This document shows, in pieces, positions 34,936 to 44,153 of a DNA stretch of 64,000 bases. Where the stretch lies: NCBI GenBank assembly GCA_022072405.1, contig JAJVHX010000012.1, positions 23,807 to 87,806 on the forward strand, given 5' to 3'. Made by a program: the position numbers and the translations under genes. The first letter of the stretch is position 1; each line of letters begins with the position of its first letter. The stretch is from Phycisphaerae bacterium. Its GTDB lineage: Bacteria > Planctomycetota > Phycisphaerae > UBA1845 > CAIVHJ01. The notes under the pieces are model-generated. The model ran no database searches, was not told the origin of the DNA, and was given only the letters and a program-made list of their open reading frames with translations.

Positions 34936-36419
34936 ACTACCCGAACCCGGACATTGCTGCAGCCCAGCCCGTATCTGATAATGTTGTACCCTATCCACCG
35001 CGCTATCGCTGGCTGAAGCGAACCATCTGGGCGTTTCTATTTTTGATTACTTTATCGTTACTGCTCAGGTTGGGTATCGGCTGGTGGACCCGCAGTCAGC
35101 TTCAGGCTGAACTCGAGCGCATCCAGGCCGCCGGTGAACCACTCTTCCCCGAAGACTTCAATCCCCCGCCCATCCCCGACGACCAGAACGCCGCCCTCCT
35201 CTATAAGAAAATAGCTGCAGAAATCGATATTACAGATGATGAATCGGACCTTTTACAATTGAAAAACAAAACCGGTTATCAGCAGTATACCGCCGTGGAT
35301 TGGGCCATGGTCGATATCGCCATCGAGAGGAATCGCTCACACATCCAATGCTTTCACGAAGCTGCTGCTTTAACACAGGCTGACTGGGGGGATCGCTTCC
35401 GCTCGCCGGTCTTTGATGAATATTTCGATTCCGCCTATCCATTTTCTGATCAACGCAAGTTAGCCAGAATAGTCGTAACCCATATGGTTCGACTTCATCA
35501 ACAGCACCAGGACGCTGAAGCGGTGCAGGTCTTTGCCGATCTTCTTGCTTACAGTCGTGCCGGTTATCTACGACCGACATTGGTCGGCGATCTGGTCGCG
35601 GCGGCCATTGAGCTTCTCAGCATTGACCAATTTCACAACCTGATCTGGTCCTGCAAGATAGCTGATCACGTGAACAACCTGCCGGAGGCTGAACAGGTCA
35701 GCCGCAGTTCGATCCGGCAGATCATTGTTCAACTACGCAACGAGGAACATTTGCAACAGGGTATCTCCGGTGCCCTCCAGTGTGAACGAATGTTCCAGAT
35801 TGATACCATTACTTATTTGCTCAGGGGACGCTTGTCATTGCTGTCGCAATTTGACTGGGGCAATACCGCCGCTCAAACCAGCCCCTGGTGGGAACAACCC
35901 TATACCTGGATGCTCAGACCCATTATGGAAAATGATCTTCGGCAAATGACCCAACAGATGAGCCAAGTCATTGCAGCAGGAAGCCAATCCACCTGGCCGC
36001 AGGCGGCAGCGATAATTACTCCCATCGAACAATACTATGCCCATTTCCGAAACAATCCAATTCGATATATCCATCTCTTCTCATCCATCCTGATGCCCTC
36101 ATTCAGCCGTGCAGTACAGATGCACTATGATGCATTAGCCCAGAGGCGCGAATTGGTCATCGCATTAGCACTGCGATTATATTATGAGGATCATCAGCGG
36201 TTACCGGATGAGCTGGATGAACTGGTGCCCAGCTATCTGCCGAAATTGCCCATTAATCCGATGAGCCAAACCGCCGCTCCCTATACCTACGACGATTTGC
36301 CTTTTGATCTGATTCCCCCGGAAATTCCCCGTCCGGCGAGCTTCAGAGCCACATCAGCACCGTCAACATGGCCAGATAAGTCAGCAGCGCCGGCAGCAGC
36401 CCCAGAAACAGGAGGGTGA
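34932..36419 (+). CDS. Hypothetical N-terminally membrane-anchored helical protein
   Basis: The track ORF from 34701 overlaps the previous gene out of frame. ATG 34932 gives MNYPNPD...WLKRTIWAFLFLITLSLLLRLGIGWW (TM), then ELERIQAAGEPLFPEDFNPPPIPDDQNAALLY. The last 77 nt overlap the convergent gene 36343..37212. Confidence 0.55.
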   Translation: MNYPNPDIAAAQPVSDNVVPYPPRYRWLKRTIWAFLFLITLSLLLRLGIGWWTRSQLQAELERIQAAGEPLFPEDFNPPPIPDDQNAALLYKKIAAEIDITDDESDLLQLKNKTGYQQYTAVDWAMVDIAIERNRSHIQCFHEAAALTQADWGDRFRSPVFDEYFDSAYPFSDQRKLARIVVTHMVRLHQQHQDAEAVQVFADLLAYSRAGYLRPTLVGDLVAAAIELLSIDQFHNLIWSCKIADHVNNLPEAEQVSRSSIRQIIVQLRNEEHLQQGISGALQCERMFQIDTITYLLRGRLSLLSQFDWGNTAAQTSPWWEQPYTWMLRPIMENDLRQMTQQMSQVIAAGSQSTWPQAAAIITPIEQYYAHFRNNPIRYIHLFSSILMPSFSRAVQMHYDALAQRRELVIALALRLYYEDHQRLPDELDELVPSYLPKLPINPMSQTAAPYTYDDLPFDLIPPEIPRPASFRATSAPSTWPDKSAAPAAAPETGG

Positions 36420-37212
36420 CGCCCAGCCAGCCACCCAGTAGTTTCACTCCGAATTTTACCAAACCCATCTCCGTCGAACTCCGCACTACACGCAACAACC
36501 GCACCAGGCCGGTAAACCACATGATGAATACTGCAAACGGAAGACAGATCAATAGACCCACCAGGAGCATGCCCAGTTTTTCCAGGGCGGGAGAGATGCT
36601 GATCGTTAACTCGTCATAACCGATCAGCGCCAGAATCGACAGCATCAGCATCCAGGGCAACAATGCCAGTGGGGCTGATGTATAATAACTCAGGGCGATC
36701 GCCCGATTCTGTCGCTCAACTGGAACACTTCGTGGATGAAAGAAATAGCTGGGCACGCCGGTCACCGCATACAGAAACAATATCAGGCATAATGTTGACC
36801 CGACCAAAATGGCGCCGCCAAAGAAAAACACTCCGAGCTGGTTATGTGTACTGTAATGATCAATCGTATGATAAACAGCCAGTCCCAGCCCATATAAAAG
36901 TATTGGGATCAGACTATAAAGGATGGTGGCCCGGCGGAAGGTTTGAGCGTCGCGGTAGCTGACCGCCCGGTGTAATTCCTGATGAAATAATTCCCGTCGG
37001 CGTAATACCATCCAGAAGGTTCGCCAGTAGGCTCGAAAAGCGCCAAGGTTATTTCGCTTTGGCCAGGGGAGCTGCACCGCCCGCAACGCAGCTGCGTCGA
37101 ATGCTGCACCGCACTCCGGACAGCGTGCGTCCGCCAGTCCGTGCAGGTTATACCCGCAGCCCGGACAAAAAATATCCAAGTCGTCGGTAGTGGTGATGGC
37201 TTGATCAGTCAT
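36343..37212 (-). CDS. Polytopic membrane protein with N-terminal CxxCGYxLxG...CxECG zinc ribbon
   Basis: 289 aa. FCPGCGYNLHGLADARCPECGAAF, then LPWPKRNNLGAFRAYWRTFWMVL and about 6 hydrophobic segments. Confidence 0.65.
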   Translation of the reverse strand: MTDQAITTTDDLDIFCPGCGYNLHGLADARCPECGAAFDAAALRAVQLPWPKRNNLGAFRAYWRTFWMVLRRRELFHQELHRAVSYRDAQTFRRATILYSLIPILLYGLGLAVYHTIDHYSTHNQLGVFFFGGAILVGSTLCLILFLYAVTGVPSYFFHPRSVPVERQNRAIALSYYTSAPLALLPWMLMLSILALIGYDELTISISPALEKLGMLLVGLLICLPFAVFIMWFTGLVRLLRVVRSSTEMGLVKFGVKLLGGWLGVTLLFLGLLPALLTYLAMLTVLMWL

Positions 37213-37296
37213 CGAGATCCAGCCCCGGTTGGACTAAAGAACCATCCTGCACCCGGTTGATGGTTTGCTGAGTATAATAGCCAATAGATATTTTCG

Positions 37297-37644
37297 ATGC
37301 TGTACAGGAGTCTGTTCATGATTAAACATCGTTTGATTGTATTGACGGTTGCATTATGCGCCATGCCGGCGATCCTGATTCAACTGCAACCACTACCACT
37401 GCAAGCCCAGGAGCGGTCGGCGGGGCGGGTGGAGTATGTCGGAGTGGATGGCACCATGGCTAAGATCGATGTGGGCAGCGGGCGGGTGTGGGTGCTGGCC
37501 AATGTGAAGGACAGCCGCTTCACGCTCAGTCAGCAGTACAACCAGCCGGGCTGGCAGTGGCGCGAAGTGGAATTGAGCGAAGCCACCCGGCCAGCGTCTG
37601 ATAATGATGAGGATGTGGTGGTTCCTCGACCCGCAACAAAATAA
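37297..37644 (+). CDS. Small secreted hypothetical protein
   Basis: Signal-like N-terminus (MIKHRLIVLTVALCAMPAILIQLQPLPLQAQE). An alternative ATG lies at 37318. Confidence 0.5.
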   Translation: MLYRSLFMIKHRLIVLTVALCAMPAILIQLQPLPLQAQERSAGRVEYVGVDGTMAKIDVGSGRVWVLANVKDSRFTLSQQYNQPGWQWREVELSEATRPASDNDEDVVVPRPATK

Positions 37645-37825
37645 TAACATTGGGGCAGCCTATAATTGATGTCGGATCGAGTTTTCAGTTACGGGTGAAT
37701 TTTGCCTGCCGGCGAGTCTGTCGGGGTGATTAACATACCCTAATTTTTGATTTTGAAAGCTGGGGGAGCTGTATCATATATTCCTGTCGGGTGGTTCCTA
37801 GACGGGTGCTCAATCTGTCCATTGC

Positions 37826-39973
37826 ATGTCCAGCCGGAGGCGGGGCATGCCACGTCTGACCGACACGGGGGATCAGTTGATGTTTACTTCATGGCAAGCA
37901 CGCTGCCTGCTGGGATTCATGATCGTAAGTCGGATGGTCACGGCACCAGTCTGGAGTCAGGTCAACTCGCCCGGTGATCTCTGCGCCGATCCGGAATACA
38001 CCTGTGCCCAGCTGGATTATTCCACCTGCAGCGCCGATTGTCCCTGGCCGGAGCCGGAAGATTTCGTGCCCGACCGCCGGCCTATCGGTGTCGTCGGGTT
38101 TTACGGCGGCTTGTTCACCAGCAACCCGCGCGGCGTTGATCCACGCTGGTACTTCTATGCGGATGTCAATCCGCCCAACGGTCTGCCCGATGGCGTGGAC
38201 TTCGTGATGGGCGGTCTGAATAATCTCTATAATAAAGGCTTTCGCCGCATCGAAATCAATCTGCCGGCGGGTAATACGCAATATCAGAACTACTCCGCAT
38301 CGCAATTCTGGACGCTGCAAGAGTGGCAGCGTGATGTTTTTCGCGATTATGTCGCTCCATGGCGTTTGGCTAAGAACCAGGCCGATCCCGATCATCCGGT
38401 TACGCTCAGTATATATATCGGCTTCAAACAGAATGATCCCTGCCGGCTGTGTTATGGCGGCGAGGTCAGCAATCCGACCCATCCGGAGTGTATCGGAACC
38501 GAACCCTCGCACAACCCCGATCCTGCTGACCCAGTCGATATGTGTATCTTCGCGCAGAATATTCAGCCCTGGCTGGACCTGGGGTTCACGGAAGTCGGGC
38601 TGGATTTCGCCGAGCCGAACAATATATTTCCACTGTCGCAATTGCCGGAATATCAGCACGTCAAATTCATCGCCGAACCGCTGCCGGTTTATTACTGGGG
38701 TGAACATGAGGGCGAGGTTCATCAGGACAAAATCGGGCGGCTGGGCTATTTCTGCACGCTGGGATGGATCGATGAATTTCGTCCGTTTTTCAAGACCTAC
38801 GTTGCGGACCCTAACCACACGGAAATGGCCTTCCTGTTGCATCCGCACCAGGGTTCCTATGTCATCAATCAAGCCACGGTGAATGATTTTGTTCGGCGGA
38901 ACTGGGTTGGCAAAGCCGGTCGCAGTGATTGGCTGGAGATGTTACGGGTGGCGTATGGCCGGGGATGGTTCGCCGATGTAACGCTTTCCTGTCCGGCTGA
39001 TCTCGACGGCGATGGTGATGCGGATTGTATTGATCTTGATCTTCTCCTTGATAATTTCGGAGCCACCGGCGAATACCTGACGCGCGTTCATGGCGATCTC
39101 GATGGTGATTTCGATATTGATAATGATGATCTGACGGTGTTTCTGCAGAACTTCGGTTGCGGTACGGGAGATCAGACGGATTGTAATCAGAACCTGCAGC
39201 CGGATGTCTGCGAAGCCGACCGCGATGGCGACGCCGCGATTGATGATTGCGATATCTGTCCGGATCAACCCGGCGATACCACGCTACCCTGCGGTGACAC
39301 CGGTGGCAGCTCCGGTAATGGCGGATCGGGCAGCGGTGGGTCCGGAAGTGGCGGTTCAGGTAGCGGCAATAATGGAACCGACGGCAATTCCAACGATAAT
39401 ACGGATAACGAAAACGATCAGGATAATGCCAATGGCAATGACAATAATTCGATAGCCGATACCGGCGGCTCGAACACGGGTATGGATAGTGATCGCGATG
39501 GCTGGCTGGATAACCTGGACAATTGCCCGCTCCAGGCCAATCCCACCCAGGCCGATTTCGATCAGGACGAACTGGGCGATGTCTGCGACAGGGATGATGA
39601 CAATGACGGCGTACTCGATCGCAGGGATCGCTGCCGTTTCTCACCGGAGAGCGAGTTGGTTGGTCGGGATGGTTGTCCGCAGATGGAAGCGCCGAGCGAT
39701 TCCAGTGACTCCTCGACCAGTGATGAGGGAACGGACATTCCCATTGTCCAGGAGAATACCGATCCCGCCATCGCGCCAGCAGGAGCTGATGATCCACCTG
39801 CAGAAGATGCGGATACGTCAGCGGCAGAAAATGAATCGTCCGATGACGTGGGCACGTCTCCGCCGCCGGTGAGTAGTGTGTGCGGCGCTGCAGGATTCAG
39901 CCAGTGGTTACTGTTCTTTGCTGCCTGGCCGATGTGGTGGCGTGCGGGGCGAAAGCGTCGCCGCTCAGAGTAA
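37826..39973 (+). CDS. Large secreted protein with dockerin/EF-hand-like and thrombospondin type-3-like Ca-binding repeats, a Gly/Ser/Asn/Asp linker and a C-terminal Cys-Gly/hydrophobic/Arg-rich tail
   Basis: DLDGDGDADCIDLDLLLDNFG and DLDGDFDIDNDDLTVFLQNFG are dockerin-like. DSDRDGWLDNLDNCPLQANPTQADFDQDELGDVCDRDDDNDGVLDRRDRC is TSP3-like. Tail: VCGAAGFSQWLLFFAAWPMWWRAGRKRRR. The start is ambiguous (37826, 37847 or 37880). Confidence 0.75.
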   Translation: MSSRRRGMPRLTDTGDQLMFTSWQARCLLGFMIVSRMVTAPVWSQVNSPGDLCADPEYTCAQLDYSTCSADCPWPEPEDFVPDRRPIGVVGFYGGLFTSNPRGVDPRWYFYADVNPPNGLPDGVDFVMGGLNNLYNKGFRRIEINLPAGNTQYQNYSASQFWTLQEWQRDVFRDYVAPWRLAKNQADPDHPVTLSIYIGFKQNDPCRLCYGGEVSNPTHPECIGTEPSHNPDPADPVDMCIFAQNIQPWLDLGFTEVGLDFAEPNNIFPLSQLPEYQHVKFIAEPLPVYYWGEHEGEVHQDKIGRLGYFCTLGWIDEFRPFFKTYVADPNHTEMAFLLHPHQGSYVINQATVNDFVRRNWVGKAGRSDWLEMLRVAYGRGWFADVTLSCPADLDGDGDADCIDLDLLLDNFGATGEYLTRVHGDLDGDFDIDNDDLTVFLQNFGCGTGDQTDCNQNLQPDVCEADRDGDAAIDDCDICPDQPGDTTLPCGDTGGSSGNGGSGSGGSGSGGSGSGNNGTDGNSNDNTDNENDQDNANGNDNNSIADTGGSNTGMDSDRDGWLDNLDNCPLQANPTQADFDQDELGDVCDRDDDNDGVLDRRDRCRFSPESELVGRDGCPQMEAPSDSSDSSTSDEGTDIPIVQENTDPAIAPAGADDPPAEDADTSAAENESSDDVGTSPPPVSSVCGAAGFSQWLLFFAAWPMWWRAGRKRRRSE

Positions 39974-41074
39974 CTGGCGGAGTTCGCGGCAGACTTCGTC
40001 CACTTCGGCTTCGGTGAGATTGTTGTGGAAGGGCAATGCCAGCGTTCGCGCCGCAACATGCTCGCAGCGGGGAAAATCGCCGGGACGATAGCCGAATCGT
40101 TCACGGTAATGGGGCATCAGATGCAGGGGGGCGAAGTAATTATTACAGTCGATCCCCCGAGCCTTCAGTTGCAGGATGATCCGATCCCGATCGGTCTGGG
40201 TGTATCGATCCGCCAGCCGGACCACGTATACAAACCAGCTCATCTGCACATCGGGGCGGATATGCTGCAGCACCAGTCGATCATCTTCCCGCAGCCGCTG
40301 GCGATACCACTGGGCGACCTGGGCCCGATGGTTCAGCATGGTCTCCAATCTTTGCATCTGTGACAGCCCCAGGGCGCATTGCATGTCGGTCAGCCGATAG
40401 TTATAACCCAACCGGGCGTGGGCCAGCCATTCGCTCGACTGGTCCCGACCCTGATTGCGCAGCGAACGTACCCGCTCGGCGATCGTCTCCTGGGCGGTCA
40501 CCAGCATGCCACCCTCACCGGTGGTCATCTGTTTGTTGGGATAAAAGGCCAAGGTCGAAATCTCACCGAATGTTCCCACTTTCTTGTGCTGAAAGGTCGC
40601 TCCGATCGCTTCACACGCATCCTCGACAATATACAAACCCTCGTCGAAGGCCAGTTCCTGAATGGCATCCATGCGGGCCGGCTGACCGAATACATGCACC
40701 GGCAGAACCGCCCGGGTCCGCTCGGTCAGCGCCCGGTGAATCGCCGACACATCAATGTTCCAGGTTTCCGGATCGATATCGACAAAGACCGGAATGGCTC
40801 CGACCATCAGGGCACAGTTGGCACTGGCGACAAAGGAGAAGGGTGTGGTAATCACTTCAGCTCCCGGCTCCAGCTCCAGGGCCAGCAGGGCGAGTTGCAG
40901 CGCCGCCGTACCATTAGCCACTGCCACGGCGTAGGGCATACCCAGATAGTCAGCGATCGCTTTTTCGAATTCAGGTACCTTCGGACCCAGGCTCAGTTGT
41001 CCGCTGCGCATGACCTCCACCACCGCGGCGATATCCTGGTCGTTGATGTCAGGCCTGGAGAGGGGAATACGCAT
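39965..41074 (-). CDS. DegT/DnrJ/EryC1/StrS-family PLP-dependent sugar aminotransferase
   Basis: 369 aa. MRIPLSRPDI..., GPKVPEFEKAIADYLG, VANGTAALQLAL, FYPNKQMTTGEGGM (PLP Lys region), NYRLTDMQCALGLSQ. Confidence 0.9.
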   Translation of the reverse strand: MRIPLSRPDINDQDIAAVVEVMRSGQLSLGPKVPEFEKAIADYLGMPYAVAVANGTAALQLALLALELEPGAEVITTPFSFVASANCALMVGAIPVFVDIDPETWNIDVSAIHRALTERTRAVLPVHVFGQPARMDAIQELAFDEGLYIVEDACEAIGATFQHKKVGTFGEISTLAFYPNKQMTTGEGGMLVTAQETIAERVRSLRNQGRDQSSEWLAHARLGYNYRLTDMQCALGLSQMQRLETMLNHRAQVAQWYRQRLREDDRLVLQHIRPDVQMSWFVYVVRLADRYTQTDRDRIILQLKARGIDCNNYFAPLHLMPHYRERFGYRPGDFPRCEHVAARTLALPFHNNLTEAEVDEVCRELRQLL

Positions 41075-41176
41075 GGTCTATTTCCGAGAATTCGGTCGAG
41101 GGTTATGGATTGGCAGCGTTAAGTCATTGACATATCATGTCGGCTGAAATAGGGCTACAGATAGAGGAGAACCATC

Positions 41177-42496
41177 TTGAGCTATCAGAATCTGCTGCAG
41201 AAGATTGAAAAACATCAGGCCTTGGTCGGGATCATTGGCATGGGCTACGTAGGACTGCCGTTGTTGCAGACTTTCATTCGCGGCGGCCACCCCTGTCTGG
41301 GTTACGATATTGACTCAGATAAAATTCGTCTGCTCAAGGCCGGCCGGAGTTATATTGAACATATCCCCAACGCAGCCATTGCTGAATGTGTGCGCAGCGA
41401 CCGGTTCCGGGCGTCGGCCAATCCGCGCGATCTGCGGAGCTGTGATGCCCTGATCATCTGTGTACCCACGCCGCTGACTGTCAACCGTGAACCCGATATG
41501 ACCTATGTGATCAAGACCGCTGAAACCATTCGCGACCAGTTGCGCAAGGATCAGCTCATCGTGCTGGAGAGCACGACCTATCCGGGAACGACCCGCGAGG
41601 TGTTGCAGCCGATCCTGGAGGAGACTGGTTTGCAGGCGGGGCGTGATTTTTATCTGGCCTTTTCACCGGAACGCGAAGACCCCGGTCGGCAGGATTACTC
41701 CACCGCCACGATTCCCAAGGTGGTGGGCGGGCTGGAGGCCCGCAGCGGCCGTCTGGCGGTGGCGCTTTATGAACACGCGGTCAAGAAGGTCGTGTCGGTG
41801 AAGAGTTGCGAAGTGGCGGAAGCCTGCAAAATTCTCGAAAACGTCTATCGCAGTGTCAACATCGCCCTGGTCAATGAACTGAAGATGCTGTTCGATCGCA
41901 TGGGCATTGACGTGTGGGAAGTGATCGATGCCGCCAGTACCAAGCCCTTCGGCTATCAGCCGTTTTATCCCGGTCCGGGGTTGGGCGGCCACTGCATTCC
42001 CATCGATCCCTTCTATCTCACCTGGAAAGCCCGGCAGTATGAGTTCACCACCCGTTTCATCGAACTGGCTGGTGAGATCAACACCGCCATGCCGCGCTAC
42101 GTCGTCCAGCGTACCGCCGAAGCGCTCAACGAACACAGCCAGGCACTCAAGGGCAGCCGGATTCTGATCCTCGGCCTGTCGTATAAGGCGGATATTGACG
42201 ATGTGCGCGAATCGCCCTCGCTGGAGCTGATTGAGCTGTTCAGGGAGCGCGGAGCCAAGGTGGATTATAACGATCCGCATGTACCCCGCACCCATAAGAT
42301 GCGTGAGTATGATCTGAAAATGACCAGTAAAAAATTGTCCGCCGCCATGCTGCGCGGTTATCACGCGGTGGTCATCTCGACGGCGCACAAAACCTATGAC
42401 TGGGAGATGATCACCAGCCACGCCCGCCTGATTATCGACACACGAAACGCCACGAAAAACATCAGAAAAAACCGCTCCCGCATCGTGAAAGCATGA
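41177..42496 (+). CDS. Nucleotide-sugar (UDP-N-acetyl-hexosamine type) 6-dehydrogenase
   Basis: TTG start preceded by GAGGAG. VGIIGMGYVGLPL, YLAFSPEREDPG, catalytic GLGGHCIPIDP, LGLSYKADIDDVRESP. Confidence 0.9.
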   Translation: MSYQNLLQKIEKHQALVGIIGMGYVGLPLLQTFIRGGHPCLGYDIDSDKIRLLKAGRSYIEHIPNAAIAECVRSDRFRASANPRDLRSCDALIICVPTPLTVNREPDMTYVIKTAETIRDQLRKDQLIVLESTTYPGTTREVLQPILEETGLQAGRDFYLAFSPEREDPGRQDYSTATIPKVVGGLEARSGRLAVALYEHAVKKVVSVKSCEVAEACKILENVYRSVNIALVNELKMLFDRMGIDVWEVIDAASTKPFGYQPFYPGPGLGGHCIPIDPFYLTWKARQYEFTTRFIELAGEINTAMPRYVVQRTAEALNEHSQALKGSRILILGLSYKADIDDVRESPSLELIELFRERGAKVDYNDPHVPRTHKMREYDLKMTSKKLSAAMLRGYHAVVISTAHKTYDWEMITSHARLIIDTRNATKNIRKNRSRIVKA

Positions 42497-42610
42497 ACCG
42501 TGCAGCAGCGCTGAGTTGCGGGTGAAGCGGTGTGCTGCTGGCAAACCGCACTTTCCTGTTCAGCAGCTCGCGCGGAGCAGGCGATTATCTCCATTTAAGT
42601 ATAATTGTAA

Positions 42611-42774
42611 CGGGTCGTCGTGTGCGACTTGCTGTATCCGAGGTGGCGAAAATGATTACGGCTCGCAGAGCCGTGGCACACTGGAAGGAACCGATATATA
42701 TAACCCCAACTAAATTAGGTTTTACGATGATGATGCCGCTTCCATTCCGAGCCGCGACTGTAAGGGAGCGGTTT
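42611..42774. repeat. Composite intergenic repeat element, copy 2
   Basis: See 4719..4892. Contains the hairpin acggctcgcagagccgtggcaca (42658-42680) and the core ttccgagccgcgactgtaagggagcggtt (42746-42774). Confidence 0.7.
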
Positions 42775-42883
42775 GGGGATGTTGGAATATATGGACCGCC
42801 ACCTCACGGACGCGGATCGGATTTTGGTTTTTCAGGTGGGCACCATCAGGGTGAAAAGCTATTTAGAATAACGGGCTGTCAGG

Positions 42884-43801
42884 CTAACCCACGGCCTGCA
42901 GGGCGAGGATGGTGATGTCGTCGATCGGCCAGGTTTTTTCGGGCAGGTTTTGCACCAGCTCTCGAATGGTCTGGAAACCGGATTCCAGCGAGGTGCTGCA
43001 CAGATGCTTCATCCACGGTGTTTCCAGCAAATGGGTGCAGAATTCCCCGCCGGGGGCGTTGAGCAGCAGTGCTTCCAGGCCGTCGGTATAGAGCAGCAGC
43101 AGATCGCCGGCTTCGAGGGTCACATCGCACTGTTCAAACCGATGTTGATTGAACACGCCGATCAACCCGCCTTCACTGTTCAGCAGGCGGGGTGCGGATC
43201 CCGGTCGGATCAGGATCGGATAGGGAATGCCGCCTCGCGCCCAGCAGAACCGCCGGGAGTTATCATAATAATGAGCATGCAGGCTGGTGACGAATTGACA
43301 CTCGGAAAGTCGCGCGTCGATCAGTTCGTCGTTCAGCTTGGTCAGTAATTCATCCGGCGCCAGGGTCGGACCCACACCGTTCAGCCGGCTGCGCAACACA
43401 TGGTTGATGAAAACGCTCATCAGCGCCGCCGCGACTCCATGGCCGGTGCAGTCGGACAGATTGATCACCAGACACTCATCATCGAGTCGTTCGCTGTAGT
43501 AAATATCCCCGCTCAACTGTTGGGCCGGCAGGTAGAGGGTATTGATTTGCAGCGTTGAACTGTACGGCAGGGACTTGGGCAGCAGGTCGAGTTGAAATCG
43601 GCGTGCTTGTTCCAGTTCTTCGGCCATGGAATTTAATCCTCTTGTCAACCGTGTTTCCTGGATTCGCATGGTATCCAGTTCCAGAGTGACCTGATCTAGG
43701 CGCTGCTGCAGTTCGTTCACATAGCCCAGGACATTTTCCAGCGCCGACTGGGTGGAATCGGCTTCATAAAAGCGCTGGGGATCAATGTTCAGTGTTGACA
43801 T
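42884..43801 (-). CDS. PP2C/SpoIIE-family serine phosphatase with an N-terminal coiled-coil
   Basis: LPK...LSGDIYYSE...INLSDCTGHGVAAALMS...ARGGIPYPILI...LYTDGL...DDITILALQ. The track start is 43918; ATG 43801 (MSTLNIDPQ) is preferred. Confidence 0.8.
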   Translation of the reverse strand: MSTLNIDPQRFYEADSTQSALENVLGYVNELQQRLDQVTLELDTMRIQETRLTRGLNSMAEELEQARRFQLDLLPKSLPYSSTLQINTLYLPAQQLSGDIYYSERLDDECLVINLSDCTGHGVAAALMSVFINHVLRSRLNGVGPTLAPDELLTKLNDELIDARLSECQFVTSLHAHYYDNSRRFCWARGGIPYPILIRPGSAPRLLNSEGGLIGVFNQHRFEQCDVTLEAGDLLLLYTDGLEALLLNAPGGEFCTHLLETPWMKHLCSTSLESGFQTIRELVQNLPEKTWPIDDITILALQAVG

Positions 43802-44153
43802 ACCGGACAATTCTCCGACCTGCGGCTTCTCTACGATTCGGACACTCCCCAGTAAAACTTGATGATAAAATTCCTGACCATGACTGCGGTAAATGGTTGA
43901 GTTATATAGTATTGACACAGTGTCAATTCAATGAGGTACTTGAATTTAATGATGCTGGTAGACACGGAAATTATTATTGTTGTTGTGCCGTTGATCGCCT
44001 GAAACCGCAGGGCAACATTCTGCATTTTTCTTATAGGCCATAAGTTGATGTGCTGAAAATTTATGTCTTAACAATTCGTCCATCCAACCGAATAGTATTA
44101 GAGTATTTTGCGCATCCAGCACTGCAGTTGCGGAGTGATTCAGGAGATAGTCA

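Noticed and set aside
39290-39480. Repetitive ggcagcggt/ggcggttca and aat/gat-rich stretch that might be taken for a tandem repeat or array
   Set aside because: It is in frame within the 715-aa ORF and encodes a Gly/Ser then Asn/Asp low-complexity linker. It does not have the regular repeat-spacer organisation of a CRISPR array.
37889-39797. Two long minus-strand ORFs (37889..38872 and 38865..39797) opposite the 715-aa secreted protein
   Set aside because: The plus-strand frame has a signal peptide, dockerin/TSP3-like repeats and a consistent single ORF. The antisense products are low-complexity (Arg/His/Pro/Tyr-rich).
42532-42915. 127-aa ORF spanning the composite repeat element (includes ...MMMPLPFRAATVRERFG...)
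   Set aside because: It is built from the intergenic repeat modules, which are found in both orientations and in different frames elsewhere. It also runs antisense into the 3' end of the PP2C gene.
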